Assembly (NCBI GenBank): GCA_045576815.1
Contig: JAZNHD010000065.1
Location: 1-56,297 of the forward strand
DNA from: Eubacteriales bacterium
Lineage (GTDB): Bacteria; Bacillota; Clostridia; Oscillospirales; CAG-272
Length of the DNA: 56,297 nucleotides
Direction of reading: 5' to 3'
Shown here: positions 1-10,457 of the stretch, piece by piece
Position numbering within the stretch: the first letter of the stretch is position 1
Layout: each line of letters begins with the position of its first letter
Translations under genes and position numbers: made by a program
The notes under the pieces: model-generated
Seen by the model: the letters and a program-made list of their open reading frames with translations, nothing else
What the model was told of the DNA's origin: nothing
The model's database searches: none

Positions 1-2523
1 CCGGCATACCGTGATATAGACCCCTATGACTTGCCCGAAGAGTTCTCACACCTTCAAGCGCAGGATATGTCAAAGCTTGGATTTATGCAGGATTTGATTC
101 GTGGAATCAAGAAGATTATCGGGTTCGACGAGTCCAAAACAACGGTTATTAAAGAAACTGTCATTACAGGTCTAAACGCGGGTATAGAGCCGCTTTTCAA
201 GAGAGCATCTATGGCGTTGGCAGATGGAGAATTTGGCAGTGCAGATGCTTTTTATGAGCAAATATTGAACCGAGATCCAGAAAATGCCGAGGCTTATGTA
301 GGTAAGTTGTTGGCAGAGTTGCACTTGGAAAAGAAAAGCGCTCTTGCTAACAGCGAGGTTTCTTTTGAAAACAGCAACCATTATAAGAAAGCGATTCAAT
401 TTGCCAATGCGGAATTGAAGGATGAGCTTTCAAATGCTTTGAAAACCGTCATTGCCCGTATCGACAACAAAAAGAAACAGGAAATCTATCAAAGAGCGAA
501 GGTTTTACTGAACGACGCAAGAGATATTCCCACTTGTCAGAACGCGCAAAAGCTTTTTCTGTCTATTTCAGGTTATCTTGATGTGGAACAATGTGTTGTC
601 TCGTGCCAAGAAAAAATCGATACCTTTCAAAAAGATTGGGAACAATTGCGTATTGATCAACGAAAAAAAGAGGAAGAACGCAAGGTTGCCATAAAGAAAG
701 CAAAGAAAACAAGTTTGATAATCAGCTCATGCCTATTGCTTGCCATCATTTCGGTCGCCTCGTACGTTTTCATTTCTCACGTTGCAATTCCCAATGCACA
801 GTATCAAGACGCATTAGAGATGATAGAAGAACAAAAGTATGATGATGCCATCGCACTTTTAAAAACGGCAAAAGGAAATGCCTTGTTCGATAAAACAATA
901 TCTAAAATTGATCAAGCAATAGATGACGCCGAAACCGCAAAAGAAGAGAGAAAGAAGTTAGGCGAGGAGGTGAAAAAGCTAGCGGAAGAAGTAAAAAAAT
1001 TACTTAAACAAACAATAGCAAATGGTACGACGGATATTTCAAATGCTAACTATGAACAAGCGATTCGCAAACTGTTGAAGGCGGGCGTAATTGCACATAT
1101 CGTTTATCAATGCGAGGGCGGAAATCTTGTTAACTCGGATCACAATGAGGTAACCTATGCTTCCGAACCGGAGTTTTCCGGCTTGCTTACCCCAGAACGA
1201 ACGGGATACCGTTTTGTAGGTTGGTCTTGCGAAGAATTTGAATATAAGTTGTCTGAAGCTCGTTTCGATCTCGTTTTCAAAGCCAATTGGAGCGACAAGG
1301 AATACGTAATAAAGTATAATCTTAGTGGCGGTACGGCAACGAATCTGACCGAGTACGGTGTAGATGACGCCGCTTTTACATTGACAAATCCGCAAAGGAC
1401 GGGATACACGTTTATCGGATGGACAGGAACCGATTTGACTCAACCTACAATGAACGTTACGATCCCCACGGGAAGCCACGGCGACCGCACCTATACGGCT
1501 AATTGGCAGGCGAACAGCTACTTGGTATCGTTTGATGTTGCAGGCGGTAATTCTGCCTTAAACAGCGCTACGTATACCTATGATAAATCGGTTACTCTGC
1601 CAACGCCACAAAGGGATGCATATACTTTTGCAGGCTGGTATAATGGCCCCAAAAAGATTTCAAGCGGTACTTGGAAAACAGCATCTAATGTGACACTGGT
1701 GGCAAAATGGACACCCACTACCTATAAGATTACTTACAATCTTGGAAAGGTTCCCGCGAGCAACACCAATAAAACACAATTTACCGTGGAATCCAGTACA
1801 ATTACTTTAAGCAATTTGTCGTATAATTATTGCACCTTTGAGGGTTGGTACAGCGATAGTAATTTTAACAACAAGGTCACTGAAATTCCCAAAGGTACGT
1901 GGAAAAATATCACGCTCTATGCCAAATGGGATATCCAAACCTTTACGATCGAGTACGATTGGAACGGCGGAGATGAGGTAACTTCTGCGAAAAAAACTTT
2001 TACTGTCTTTGATTTGCCGATTTCCTTGAACAGTGTACCGCAGAAGAGCGGACATAGCTTTTATTATTGGGCGCAGGGAGAGCTTGACGGAGAACCAACA
2101 AAGCAAATTACAACTTGTGGTAATTATAAACTGGTTGCTAATTATATTCCCGACGGACTGGAACTTAGATGGCTTTTTGGAGGCCGTCTGGGGGTTCGGT
2201 GTGAAGCAGTGTATTCAGGAAATGCTACGGAGATAGAGATCCCTAAATACCATATGCTCGAATATGATTCCGAAACCGCTTCTGCTTCTCCTTACATTCA
2301 AGAGATATGGTCGGAGTCTTATGAGCTTAAAAGAATATCTTTTTCAGATGAAATTGTCGAACTTGCTGTAAGTTCTGAATTGGAAGTTCAAACAGTGTAC
2401 GAAAACGGTTGTTATGTGGGAAGTAGAAACAATCCGTACCATGCACTAATTGGAATAGTGGGATCAGTAAGCGATTTCAAGAAGGTTCATAAAGATACCG
2501 TAATTGGAGGAATAATCAACTAA
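1..2523 (+). CDS. Membrane-anchored receptor-like protein, 5' truncated by the window edge: probable TIR-domain tail, TPR repeats, one TM helix, extracellular InlB B-repeat (Listeria-Bacteroides repeat) array
   Basis: Frame 1 is open from base 1 (PAYRDIDPYDLPEEFSHLQAQD), so the TTG at 31 is probably not the start. TPR-like segment (ADAFYEQILNRDPENAEAYVGKL), hydrophobic helix (LIISSCLLLAIISVASYVFI), and repeated P-x-R-x-GY-x-F-x-GW...A-x-W units. The TIR call rests on recalled similarity of the first ~45 aa to clostridial TIR proteins. Confidence 0.75.
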   Translation, partial: PAYRDIDPYDLPEEFSHLQAQDMSKLGFMQDLIRGIKKIIGFDESKTTVIKETVITGLNAGIEPLFKRASMALADGEFGSADAFYEQILNRDPENAEAYVGKLLAELHLEKKSALANSEVSFENSNHYKKAIQFANAELKDELSNALKTVIARIDNKKKQEIYQRAKVLLNDARDIPTCQNAQKLFLSISGYLDVEQCVVSCQEKIDTFQKDWEQLRIDQRKKEEERKVAIKKAKKTSLIISSCLLLAIISVASYVFISHVAIPNAQYQDALEMIEEQKYDDAIALLKTAKGNALFDKTISKIDQAIDDAETAKEERKKLGEEVKKLAEEVKKLLKQTIANGTTDISNANYEQAIRKLLKAGVIAHIVYQCEGGNLVNSDHNEVTYASEPEFSGLLTPERTGYRFVGWSCEEFEYKLSEARFDLVFKANWSDKEYVIKYNLSGGTATNLTEYGVDDAAFTLTNPQRTGYTFIGWTGTDLTQPTMNVTIPTGSHGDRTYTANWQANSYLVSFDVAGGNSALNSATYTYDKSVTLPTPQRDAYTFAGWYNGPKKISSGTWKTASNVTLVAKWTPTTYKITYNLGKVPASNTNKTQFTVESSTITLSNLSYNYCTFEGWYSDSNFNNKVTEIPKGTWKNITLYAKWDIQTFTIEYDWNGGDEVTSAKKTFTVFDLPISLNSVPQKSGHSFYYWAQGELDGEPTKQITTCGNYKLVANYIPDGLELRWLFGGRLGVRCEAVYSGNATEIEIPKYHMLEYDSETASASPYIQEIWSESYELKRISFSDEIVELAVSSELEVQTVYENGCYVGSRNNPYHALIGIVGSVSDFKKVHKDTVIGGIIN

Positions 2524-2564
2524 ATTAGGCTTTTATGATCCCTAAAAATTAATGGAGGTAAACT

Positions 2565-3737
2565 ATGCCAAAAATTATTGACATCATCAAATACGAAGGT
2601 GACAATAGCACCTTCATCTGGAAGCATCCTTGCGAGGATTTTAACTCATTGACTCAGCTTATCGTTCACGAAAGCCAAGAAGCCATCTTCTTTATGAACG
2701 GTCAGGCGCTCGACTCGTTCGGACCGGGACGCTATACGTTAGAAACTCAAAATATTCCGTTAATTGGAAAGGCGTTAAACCTTGCCACGGGCGGGAAATC
2801 GCCCTTTCATTGCGAGGTCTATTTCATCAATAAGACCGAGCAGATGTCTATCAAATGGGGCACGGACTCCAAGGTTCAATACGTTGAGCCTACATACGGA
2901 TTTCCGATTTCCATTGGCGCATCGGGCGAAATGTCGCTTCGTGCCGATAATGCAAGAAAACTGCTACTTAAGCTGGTAGGAACAGAAAACTTCCTTGCTC
3001 AGCAAACGCTTGTCGGTTTCTTCCGCGCATTCATTATGACGAGAGTAAAGACTTACATCGCGCAAGTGATGAAATCTAACGCTATCAACATATTTGAGAT
3101 TGACGAAAACCTTGCCGTTTTCTCGGAATCAATCAAGAAGCTCCTTATAAACGATTTTGCAGAGTACGGCGTTGCTCTTGAACAGTTCTTTGTTACCACT
3201 ATTGTCAAGCCTGACGGTGACAGACAGTATGAGAAGTTCAAAGATTTGCACTTCCGTCAGTATGCCGATATTGCCGAAGCAAAGCTCCGTCAGCAAGTTA
3301 GCGTAATCGACGCGCAGACCGAGGCTCAAAAGGTAGTTATCGACTCTCAGGCACAGGCTACAAAGCGCGCACAAGAGGGATATACCTACGCGCAAGAGCG
3401 CGGATTTGACGTTGCCGAAAAAGTGGCTGCCAACGAGGGCGTTGGTCAAATGACCAATCTCGGTGTTGGACTTGGAACGATGGCAGGTGTCGGCGGTGTC
3501 GTTGGCGGCGTTGTCGGTACTGCTGTTGGCGATGCGCTGGGCAATACCGCACCTGTTGCTCCCAAAGCGACAGAGGGTGGCTTCTGCGAAAGTTGCGGTG
3601 CAAAGCTTACGCCCGATGCGGCGTTCTGTGACGAGTGCGGAACGGCTGTTACAAAGGCAAACGATACCTGTGCAAACTGCGGTTATAAGTTCGAGCGCCC
3701 CGGCAAGTTCTGCCCCAAGTGCGGAACAAAAAGATAA
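2565..3737 (+). CDS. SPFH (band 7) domain protein with C-terminal double zinc ribbon
   Basis: N-terminal SPFH-like motifs (TQLIVHESQEAIFF, GPGRYTLET, CEVYFIN), Gly-rich linker, four CxxCG motifs at the C-terminus; GGAGG RBS. Confidence 0.9.
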   Translation: MPKIIDIIKYEGDNSTFIWKHPCEDFNSLTQLIVHESQEAIFFMNGQALDSFGPGRYTLETQNIPLIGKALNLATGGKSPFHCEVYFINKTEQMSIKWGTDSKVQYVEPTYGFPISIGASGEMSLRADNARKLLLKLVGTENFLAQQTLVGFFRAFIMTRVKTYIAQVMKSNAINIFEIDENLAVFSESIKKLLINDFAEYGVALEQFFVTTIVKPDGDRQYEKFKDLHFRQYADIAEAKLRQQVSVIDAQTEAQKVVIDSQAQATKRAQEGYTYAQERGFDVAEKVAANEGVGQMTNLGVGLGTMAGVGGVVGGVVGTAVGDALGNTAPVAPKATEGGFCESCGAKLTPDAAFCDECGTAVTKANDTCANCGYKFERPGKFCPKCGTKR

Positions 3738-3752
3738 GGGAGGATTGACAAT

Positions 3753-4460
3753 ATGAAAAAAAGCATTGGTGTATATAGCATTATATGGGCAATCTGCCTT
3801 GCAGTCTTTAACGTTATCGTATTTGTTACACCAAATGAAATTGGTAGCGTGAGTAAATTTAGCGGCTCATTTTGGGTAGGATACATATTCATTACGGTTG
3901 CCTTTCTTGGTCAGCTTGTATGTGCGATTTTCGCATTTAAGGTGAAAAATCCAAAAAGGTTCTTCTATAACGTTCCGCTGATTTCAATAAGCTACTGTGG
4001 ACTTGTTGCTATGCTGATTGCGGGAAGCATATTTATGGCAATTCCCGCGCTTCCTGAATGGATCGGCATTATCGTATGTGTTATCATTCTTGCATTTAAT
4101 GCGATTTCTATTATTAAAGCAACCGCCGCGTCAGGTATCGTAAGCGGTATTGACGATAAGGTTAAAACACAGACCTTTTTCATCAAGGATCTTACTGCTA
4201 ATGCTCAGAGTCTTATGACTTCTGCAAAATCTGACGAGCTTTGTGCAGAGGCAAAAAGGGTATACGAAGCAATCCGTTATAGCGATCCTATGGCACCCGA
4301 CGCACTTTGCGAGCTTGATTCTCAAATCAAGGGACAGTTTGCAGCATTTGCTGATGCTCTTAGGTCAGAGGATATAGAGCTTGCAAAGACAAACTCGGCT
4401 GAACTTATTGAATTGATTGCAAAAAGAGAGCAAACCTGTAAGCTTCTCAAGGGTAATTAA
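3753..4460 (+). CDS. Membrane protein (4 TM plus helical C-terminal domain with a YSDP motif)
   Basis: Four hydrophobic segments, then EAIRYSDP; GGAGG RBS; co-oriented with the SPFH gene. Confidence 0.8.
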   Translation: MKKSIGVYSIIWAICLAVFNVIVFVTPNEIGSVSKFSGSFWVGYIFITVAFLGQLVCAIFAFKVKNPKRFFYNVPLISISYCGLVAMLIAGSIFMAIPALPEWIGIIVCVIILAFNAISIIKATAASGIVSGIDDKVKTQTFFIKDLTANAQSLMTSAKSDELCAEAKRVYEAIRYSDPMAPDALCELDSQIKGQFAAFADALRSEDIELAKTNSAELIELIAKREQTCKLLKGN

Positions 4461-4483
4461 AATGACAAGGGAGAATTTTTGAT

Positions 4484-4981
4484 ATGAAAGCAAATACACA
4501 TCACGTTGGTTACGGTCAAATTGAATATAATGAAAATTTTTGGACAGGAAAACGCGAGCTCACCATTGGCGGTAAAAAGTTACTTAAGAAAAAGAAAAAT
4601 GTATATGAATTAGATAGCGAAAACGGAGTTTTGGAGTGCCGTATCAAGGGAAGCTTTTTAACCGGTGCGAGCTTGTACATAGATCAGGACGTTATACAGC
4701 TATCCAAGCCGTGTAAATGGTACGAGATCTTTTGCTCTGTTTTGATTTGCGTGTTCGTTTTAACATGGGGAAATGTCCCCTCGCTTTGCAAAATCTTCCC
4801 GATTGTTGGAGGAGCAATAGGCGGCGGAATCAGTGGCATGACCGCTTGTATGAATCTGTTCTTGATGAGAGAAACGAAAAAAGTGGGATTTAAGCTTTTG
4901 ATATGGCTTGGTATGTTCCTTGGAACTATTATGCTTTGTTTCCTGATTGCGCAGTTTATTTTGGGTGTTTTTTATTCATAA
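4484..4981 (+). CDS. Hypothetical membrane protein
   Basis: GGGAG RBS, beta-rich N-terminus and three hydrophobic C-terminal segments. Confidence 0.7.
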   Translation: MKANTHHVGYGQIEYNENFWTGKRELTIGGKKLLKKKKNVYELDSENGVLECRIKGSFLTGASLYIDQDVIQLSKPCKWYEIFCSVLICVFVLTWGNVPSLCKIFPIVGGAIGGGISGMTACMNLFLMRETKKVGFKLLIWLGMFLGTIMLCFLIAQFILGVFYS

Positions 4982-5090
4982 ACTTTTAAAATGATTTTTA
5001 AGTAGCTCAAAGTTTATTATCGATAGAGAAAAAGTATACATTCAAGGTGTAATGTTCTAGTTACAAAGATAGATTAATATTGTTAATATT

Positions 5091-5121
5091 AAAGCGGCGA
5101 ACTTTTTGCTCGCCGCTTTTT
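5091..5121. terminator. Intrinsic terminator between convergent genes
   Basis: AAAGCGGCGA-loop-TCGCCGCTTT followed by T residues. Confidence 0.7.
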
Positions 5122-5213
5122 CTATATCAAGGTGATTTTGTCGAACAAGTACTTTGCGCCAAGATTGTGCCACAATTCTGCCAGAACGTACATTCCTCGA
5201 AAAAAGTTAAATT

Positions 5214-6137
5214 TTATCTCGTCCAGCCCTCGCCGTTTATCTCATGCGCCGAATGGACGGTGACAAATGCCGACTTATCCGCGGTGTTAATGATGTTTAT
5301 AAGCTCAGAGTACTGACGCATCGTAAAGCTGACGGTAACGAGATGCTTTTCATTTCCCGAGTAGCCGCCCTTGACGGTGCTTATTGTGGTGGTGCGGTCA
5401 AGCCTCTCGATAACGAGGCGGTTAATCTCCTCGTAGTTTTCGGAAACGATGCTCGCGACGAAGGCGCGCGAGCCGCCGAGGAACAGCCTGTCTATGACAA
5501 TCGAGGCAACGAGCGCCGTCGTTATACCGAGCAACGACACTATCATGTTCTGCGTGACGATAGCACCAAGCGCCACTATTGCGGCGTCTATAAAGAAGAT
5601 GACCTTTGAGCTTCGCAGGCGCGGAAACATTTTACAGATAATAAAGGCGATGATATCAACACCGCCCGTTGAGCCGCCGCCAAGAAAGGCTGTGGCGCAG
5701 CCTACACCGACGAGCGCACCGCCGACTATTGCCGCAAGTATAAAGGCTATCTCGGGATGCTCAGAGCCCGAAAGATAAAAATAGCCGCCAAAGACGTCGG
5801 GGGAGACAAGGAGCAAAAATGCCGAGAGCGCCGGCGGATAAACCAGCGTTGACACGAGGGTTTTTAGCGCAAATGAGCGCCCGAGGAAAATCAGCCCCAG
5901 AAAAAACAGCACCCATGAGAGCACCGCGACGATAAGGTCGACGGTTATAAGCTCCGAGTCAAAAAGCAGATTTATGACTATCGCGATACCCGACATACCG
6001 CCGGACACAAGACTGTACGGCACGAGGAACACCGCCGTGCCAAACGCCAGCACGAGCGTGCCGAAAAGGGTAAGCGCGAGGTTTTTAATTATACGGATTA
6101 TCTCCGCCGGAGTTTTTTTCTTGAAGAAAGACACCAC
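5214..6137 (-). CDS. YitT family membrane protein
   Basis: Motifs LVSGGMSGIAI, GGSTGGVDIIA and C-terminal GGYSG...DKSAFVTV. Confidence 0.9.
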   Translation of the reverse strand: MVSFFKKKTPAEIIRIIKNLALTLFGTLVLAFGTAVFLVPYSLVSGGMSGIAIVINLLFDSELITVDLIVAVLSWVLFFLGLIFLGRSFALKTLVSTLVYPPALSAFLLLVSPDVFGGYFYLSGSEHPEIAFILAAIVGGALVGVGCATAFLGGGSTGGVDIIAFIICKMFPRLRSSKVIFFIDAAIVALGAIVTQNMIVSLLGITTALVASIVIDRLFLGGSRAFVASIVSENYEEINRLVIERLDRTTTISTVKGGYSGNEKHLVTVSFTMRQYSELINIINTADKSAFVTVHSAHEINGEGWTR

Positions 6138-6196
6138 CGAGTCCTCCTGTTTTTTATTTCGTATTTAGTATAGCACAAAAAAGGAAGAAATACAAT

Positions 6197-6227
6197 AAAA
6201 AAAGTGCGGACACGCCGTGTCCGCACT
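6197..6227 (-). terminator. Terminator of serC-serA
   Basis: AGTGCGGACAC/GTGTCCGCACT stem followed by a T-tract on the minus strand. Confidence 0.75.
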
Positions 6228-6238
6228 GAAGTATTTAA

Positions 6239-7399
6239 TTAAAGCACTCTGACTCTGATAACGCCGTCGATAGCCTCAATCTTCGGTATAACCGATGCAG
6301 GCACGTCTACTGTCATCTCCAAGATGGTATAAGCGTAGTCGCCCTTTGAGCCGCTCGACATATTCTCAATGTTGATGCCCTCGCCCGAAACAACTCCGGT
6401 CGCGCGGGTTAAGACGTTCGGGATATTCTTGTGATTGATACAAATACGGGCAGCACCGGTATGGGGTATCGAAACTGTCGGATAGTTAACCGAGTTTCTG
6501 ATATTTCCGCGCTCGAGGTAGTCGCACAGCTCCTCTGCAGCCATAACGGCACAGTTGTCCTCGCTCTCAGCGGTAGATGCGCCAAGGTGGGGAATGTTTA
6601 CCGTATTCTTAAGGTTAATAGTAGCAGGAGTGGGGAAATCGGTGATATACGCAGCCACTTTTCCGCTTTCAAGTGCTTCCTTTATGGCATCAGCGTCAAC
6701 GAGGTCGGCACGCGCAAGGTTGATAATACGGACTCCGTCCTTCATTTTTGCAATAGTCTCGCGGTTAATCATACCCTTCGTGGTCTTAGTCGAGGGAACG
6801 TGTAGAGTGATATAATCGGCTACCGCGTAAATCTCATCGTAGCTGTCAGCATGCTGGACTGCGCTCGAGAGCGACCATGCCGCCTGAACGGTGAGGTAGG
6901 GGTCGCAGCCTACAACGCGCATACCGAGGTTCTTCGCGGTGTTGGCAACTAGGCCGCCTATTGCTCCAAGACCGACAACACCAAGAGTTTTGCCAAGGAT
7001 TTCACAGCCTGCAAACTTCGACTTACCCGACTCAACCGTCTTTGCGATATCAGGGTCGTCTGCAATTGATTTTGCCCACTCAATACCGCCGACAACGTCG
7101 CGGGAAGCGAGGATGAGAGCGAGAACGGCAAGCTCCTTAACACCGTTTGCGTTAGCGCCGGGGGTGTTGAATACTACGACGCCGCGCGCCGCGCACTCAT
7201 CGACGGGAATGTTGTTTACGCCCGCACCGGCACGCGAGATAGCAACAAGCTCGGGATTAAACTCCATCTCGTGAAGATTTGCCGAGCGCACCATAAGAGC
7301 GTCGGGAGAGGTAACGCTATCCGAAACCTCGTATTTTGCCCTGTCGAAAACGTCAGTGCCGACAGCGGCAATTTTATTCATTAGCTTAATTTTTTTCAT
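6239..7399 (-). CDS. serA: D-3-phosphoglycerate dehydrogenase with ACT domain
   Basis: RAGAGVNNI, GLGAIG Rossmann motif, PHLGAST; adjacent to serC. Confidence 0.93.
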   Translation of the reverse strand: MKKIKLMNKIAAVGTDVFDRAKYEVSDSVTSPDALMVRSANLHEMEFNPELVAISRAGAGVNNIPVDECAARGVVVFNTPGANANGVKELAVLALILASRDVVGGIEWAKSIADDPDIAKTVESGKSKFAGCEILGKTLGVVGLGAIGGLVANTAKNLGMRVVGCDPYLTVQAAWSLSSAVQHADSYDEIYAVADYITLHVPSTKTTKGMINRETIAKMKDGVRIINLARADLVDADAIKEALESGKVAAYITDFPTPATINLKNTVNIPHLGASTAESEDNCAVMAAEELCDYLERGNIRNSVNYPTVSIPHTGAARICINHKNIPNVLTRATGVVSGEGINIENMSSGSKGDYAYTILEMTVDVPASVIPKIEAIDGVIRVRVL

Positions 7400-7404
7400 A
7401 ACCG

Positions 7405-8502
7405 TTACCCGATTTTAGGGTTCTCCTCTGCGAATTTCTTCATAAACTTAACAAGCGCCTCAACGCCCTCATAAGGCATAGCGTTGTAAATAGACGCGCG
7501 CATACCGCCGACCGAACGGTGTCCCTTGAGGTTCTTAAGGCCTGCCGCCGACGCTTCCTTCGCGAACTTCTTGTCGAGCTCGGCATCACCCGTGACGAAT
7601 ACGACGTTCATCATGGAACGGCACTTCTTATCAACGGTTGCGGTGTAGTAGGACTGGCTGTCGAGATAATCGTAAAGCAGGCTCGCCTTTTTCTCATTGC
7701 GGCGCTTCATCTCCTCAAGGCCGCCGATGGAGATAATCCAATCGAAGACGAGCTTTGCAATATAGATGGGCCAGCAGGGCGGCGTGTTGTACATAGAGTC
7801 GTTGTCCGCCATCAGCTTGTAATCAAGCATAGCGGGAGTGTCGGGTCTTGCGCTTCCGATAAGGTCATCGCGTACTATGACGATGGTAAGGCCTGCGGGC
7901 GCTACGTTCTTCTGCGCACCGGCGTAGATAAGACCGAACTTCGATACGTCAACCGGCTCGGAGAGAATGCAAGAGGACATATCCGCAACGAGCGGAATAT
8001 TACCGGTGTCGGGTATGTAGTGGAACTTTGTGCCGTAAATGGTGTTGTTAAAGCAGATATGAACGTAGTCGGCATCGGGACGGAAGTCAGCCCTCTTAGT
8101 CTCCGGAACCACGGAGAAGGTGGGGGTAGCACCTGCCGAGGAAGCCGCGATGGCGATATCGCCGTACTTTTTAGCCTCCATAGCCGCCTTCTTCGAAAAC
8201 TGACCGGATACTATGTAGTCAGCGCACTTGTGCTCAGAGAGAAGATTTAGCGGTACAGATGCAAACTGCGTCGACGCGCCTCCCTGAAGAAAGAGAACCT
8301 TGTAGTTCTCGGGGATATTCATAAGAGTGCGAAGCGATGCCTCTGCAGCGTGGAGAATAGACTCGAACTCCGGAGTTCTGTGGCTCATCTCCATAACCGA
8401 CATACCGCTGTCGCCGTAGCAAAGGAGCTCCTCCTGTGCAGTCTTAAGTACCTCAAGCGGAAGCATAGAGGGACCTGCGGAAAAGTTGTAAACTCTGTCC
8501 AT
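7405..8502 (-). CDS. serC: Phosphoserine aminotransferase
   Basis: NFSAGPSMLP, SVMEMSHR, YAGAQKN (PLP lysine), GHRSVGGMRASIYNA. Confidence 0.97.
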   Translation of the reverse strand: MDRVYNFSAGPSMLPLEVLKTAQEELLCYGDSGMSVMEMSHRTPEFESILHAAEASLRTLMNIPENYKVLFLQGGASTQFASVPLNLLSEHKCADYIVSGQFSKKAAMEAKKYGDIAIAASSAGATPTFSVVPETKRADFRPDADYVHICFNNTIYGTKFHYIPDTGNIPLVADMSSCILSEPVDVSKFGLIYAGAQKNVAPAGLTIVIVRDDLIGSARPDTPAMLDYKLMADNDSMYNTPPCWPIYIAKLVFDWIISIGGLEEMKRRNEKKASLLYDYLDSQSYYTATVDKKCRSMMNVVFVTGDAELDKKFAKEASAAGLKNLKGHRSVGGMRASIYNAMPYEGVEALVKFMKKFAEENPKIG

Positions 8503-8689
8503 TTCGTTTGCCCTGATTACCTTTCTCGGTAATTCCTTTCGTGAAAAATAAAATATTAATGCTATTATACAACTTTAGTAAATAAAAGTCAATTGGTAAA
8601 AATTCCGAAAAATACACGCGATAATTATATAAAATATGTAAAAAACGACGACAGTTTATTTGTGTCTTGCATTTTTGGTAAATTATACT

Positions 8690-9880
8690 TTACTTTTTCT
8701 TTTCAGAATGGAAAATTGCCGCAAGAGCAGTCCTGCCGACCTTCATAGCACTCTTCGGGCAGAACTCCTGACAGCAAAAGCATCTGATACAGTCGGCACG
8801 CAGGATTTTCGCCTTACCGCCTTCGATTTTTATAGCCTTTGCGGGACAGATATCACGGCATATTCCGCAACCGACGCAGAGGCGTTTTTTCAACACGGGT
8901 CGGGTCTTAAGTATTGCTCCGGCAATTTTAGCAAGGAATTTCTTTATTGGATTTTTCCCATCTCCCGAAAAGAGAAGAGAGCGGCGCTCCACCACGCGCT
9001 GAAAGTCAGCAACGCTATATTCCGCCCCGTCACCGATAAGCCTTAAGTCCTCGTATTTTTCTGGTGCCATACCGCGCTTTATTGCCGCCGAGAGTATTGG
9101 AAGCTCCTCGGGCGAAAATCCAAGAAACCTTGCTGCTGCCATATCAAGCGTATGCGGTGAGCGCGAGGCTAAGAGAAAGCCCATTTTCTTAGGTGTGCCC
9201 GCCGTCGGACCGTTCCCCTCCATACCCACAACCGCATCGGCTATCGAAAGATACGGGTGAAAATACTCGTCAAGGTCGACTATCATATCAGCAAAGTCCT
9301 CGTGACGCGGAAAACGGAAGTGATACTCAGGCTTTATGACGCCGGGCACTGCACCGAACATATTCTTTGCGGCACAGGACATACCCATCATACCGTGGCT
9401 CTTCAGCTTCGCAAAGTTGATTATAAGGTCAGCCCTGTCAAGATAGGCAGTATAGGAAAAGCTCTTCAGAACCTTTCCCGAAGGAAAGGTCGCGGCGCGC
9501 TCGGTATAGTCACCGTTAAGGCTCGCGCCGTGGCTTATGACCTCGGTCATGCCCGAGACTCTGTAGACTCTGCCGACAAACGCCGCGTTATAAAGTCCTC
9601 CGGGGCTGTCACCGACGATAACCTCAGCGCCCCTTTCCACTAGCATATCAACGAGCGCAGAAATTAACACGGGGTGGGTGGTTGCCGCCTCCTCGGGCTT
9701 CATCGCAGAGACGAGATTTGCCTTAATTACGACACACGTCCCCGCCCTAACCTCGTCAAGCACCCCGAGCGGAGACAGGAGCGCCTCGAGCGCTGAGCGT
9801 GCCTGCTCACTCGAATACTCACCCAGCGGCACGACGCTGACTGGGTCAAATGGCTTATAATATTTTGAGGTATATTCCAT
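8690..9880 (-). CDS. DUF362 domain protein with C-terminal 2x[4Fe-4S] ferredoxin domain
   Basis: AATTHP, KLKSHG, GMEGNGP motifs and two CxxCxxCxxxCP motifs; start placed at ATG 9880 after an AAAGGA RBS. Confidence 0.88.
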   Translation of the reverse strand: MEYTSKYYKPFDPVSVVPLGEYSSEQARSALEALLSPLGVLDEVRAGTCVVIKANLVSAMKPEEAATTHPVLISALVDMLVERGAEVIVGDSPGGLYNAAFVGRVYRVSGMTEVISHGASLNGDYTERAATFPSGKVLKSFSYTAYLDRADLIINFAKLKSHGMMGMSCAAKNMFGAVPGVIKPEYHFRFPRHEDFADMIVDLDEYFHPYLSIADAVVGMEGNGPTAGTPKKMGFLLASRSPHTLDMAAARFLGFSPEELPILSAAIKRGMAPEKYEDLRLIGDGAEYSVADFQRVVERRSLLFSGDGKNPIKKFLAKIAGAILKTRPVLKKRLCVGCGICRDICPAKAIKIEGGKAKILRADCIRCFCCQEFCPKSAMKVGRTALAAIFHSEKKK

Positions 9881-10000
9881 AAGAAAAGTTCCTTTAATTT
9901 TGTTATACACTATGTTAGCATAAAATTAGCGATATGTCAACTTGGAATTTTACGGCAGTATACTGTATGGAAGAAGATGCGCAAAAATGTCGCCGGTCGA

Positions 10001-10457
10001 GATTCCCCGTACGAGCACCACGACAAAAAAACACCACCCTTGTGGGCAGGGCGTTCCGATGAGCTGATATAAGGCTTTCAACTCGGGAATTTGCCATTTG
10101 GGTCAGAAATATCATCTAATCACACTTGTTGCACAAATCCATTATTATATCTCCAAATTAGCAATCTCTCGCGTAGCGAAGGATTGAACCCTGCGACTTC
10201 GTCGCTGGATTCGGTTTTGTGCAAAGCACGAAAAATAGATAGGCACTCCTCGTGGGTGCCTATCTATTTTTGGTGACTCGTACGGGAATCCGTCTCGTAT
10301 TACAAGGTCTTCGCGGAAGACGACGAGACGGAGATTCGCCCCCATATGCCGTCGCACAAGGTGCTCGGCGCTATGTTCGATTCAATTCATACGAGCCACC
10401 ACGACAAAAAAACACCACCCTGTTGGGTGGTGTGCCGTGGTGACTCGTACGGGAATC
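10001..10457. repeat. Cluster of partial tRNA-Glu 3'-end copies and hairpins downstream of the tRNA
   Basis: TGGTGACTCGTACGGGAATC is identical at 10271-10290 and 10438-10457. Degenerate inverted copies lie near 10001-10020 and 10375-10401, each followed by ACGACAAAAAAACACCACCCT. Confidence 0.75.

Noticed and set aside
10271-10290. Second tRNA gene
   Set aside because: Only 20 bp of the 3' end match; no anticodon or D arm.
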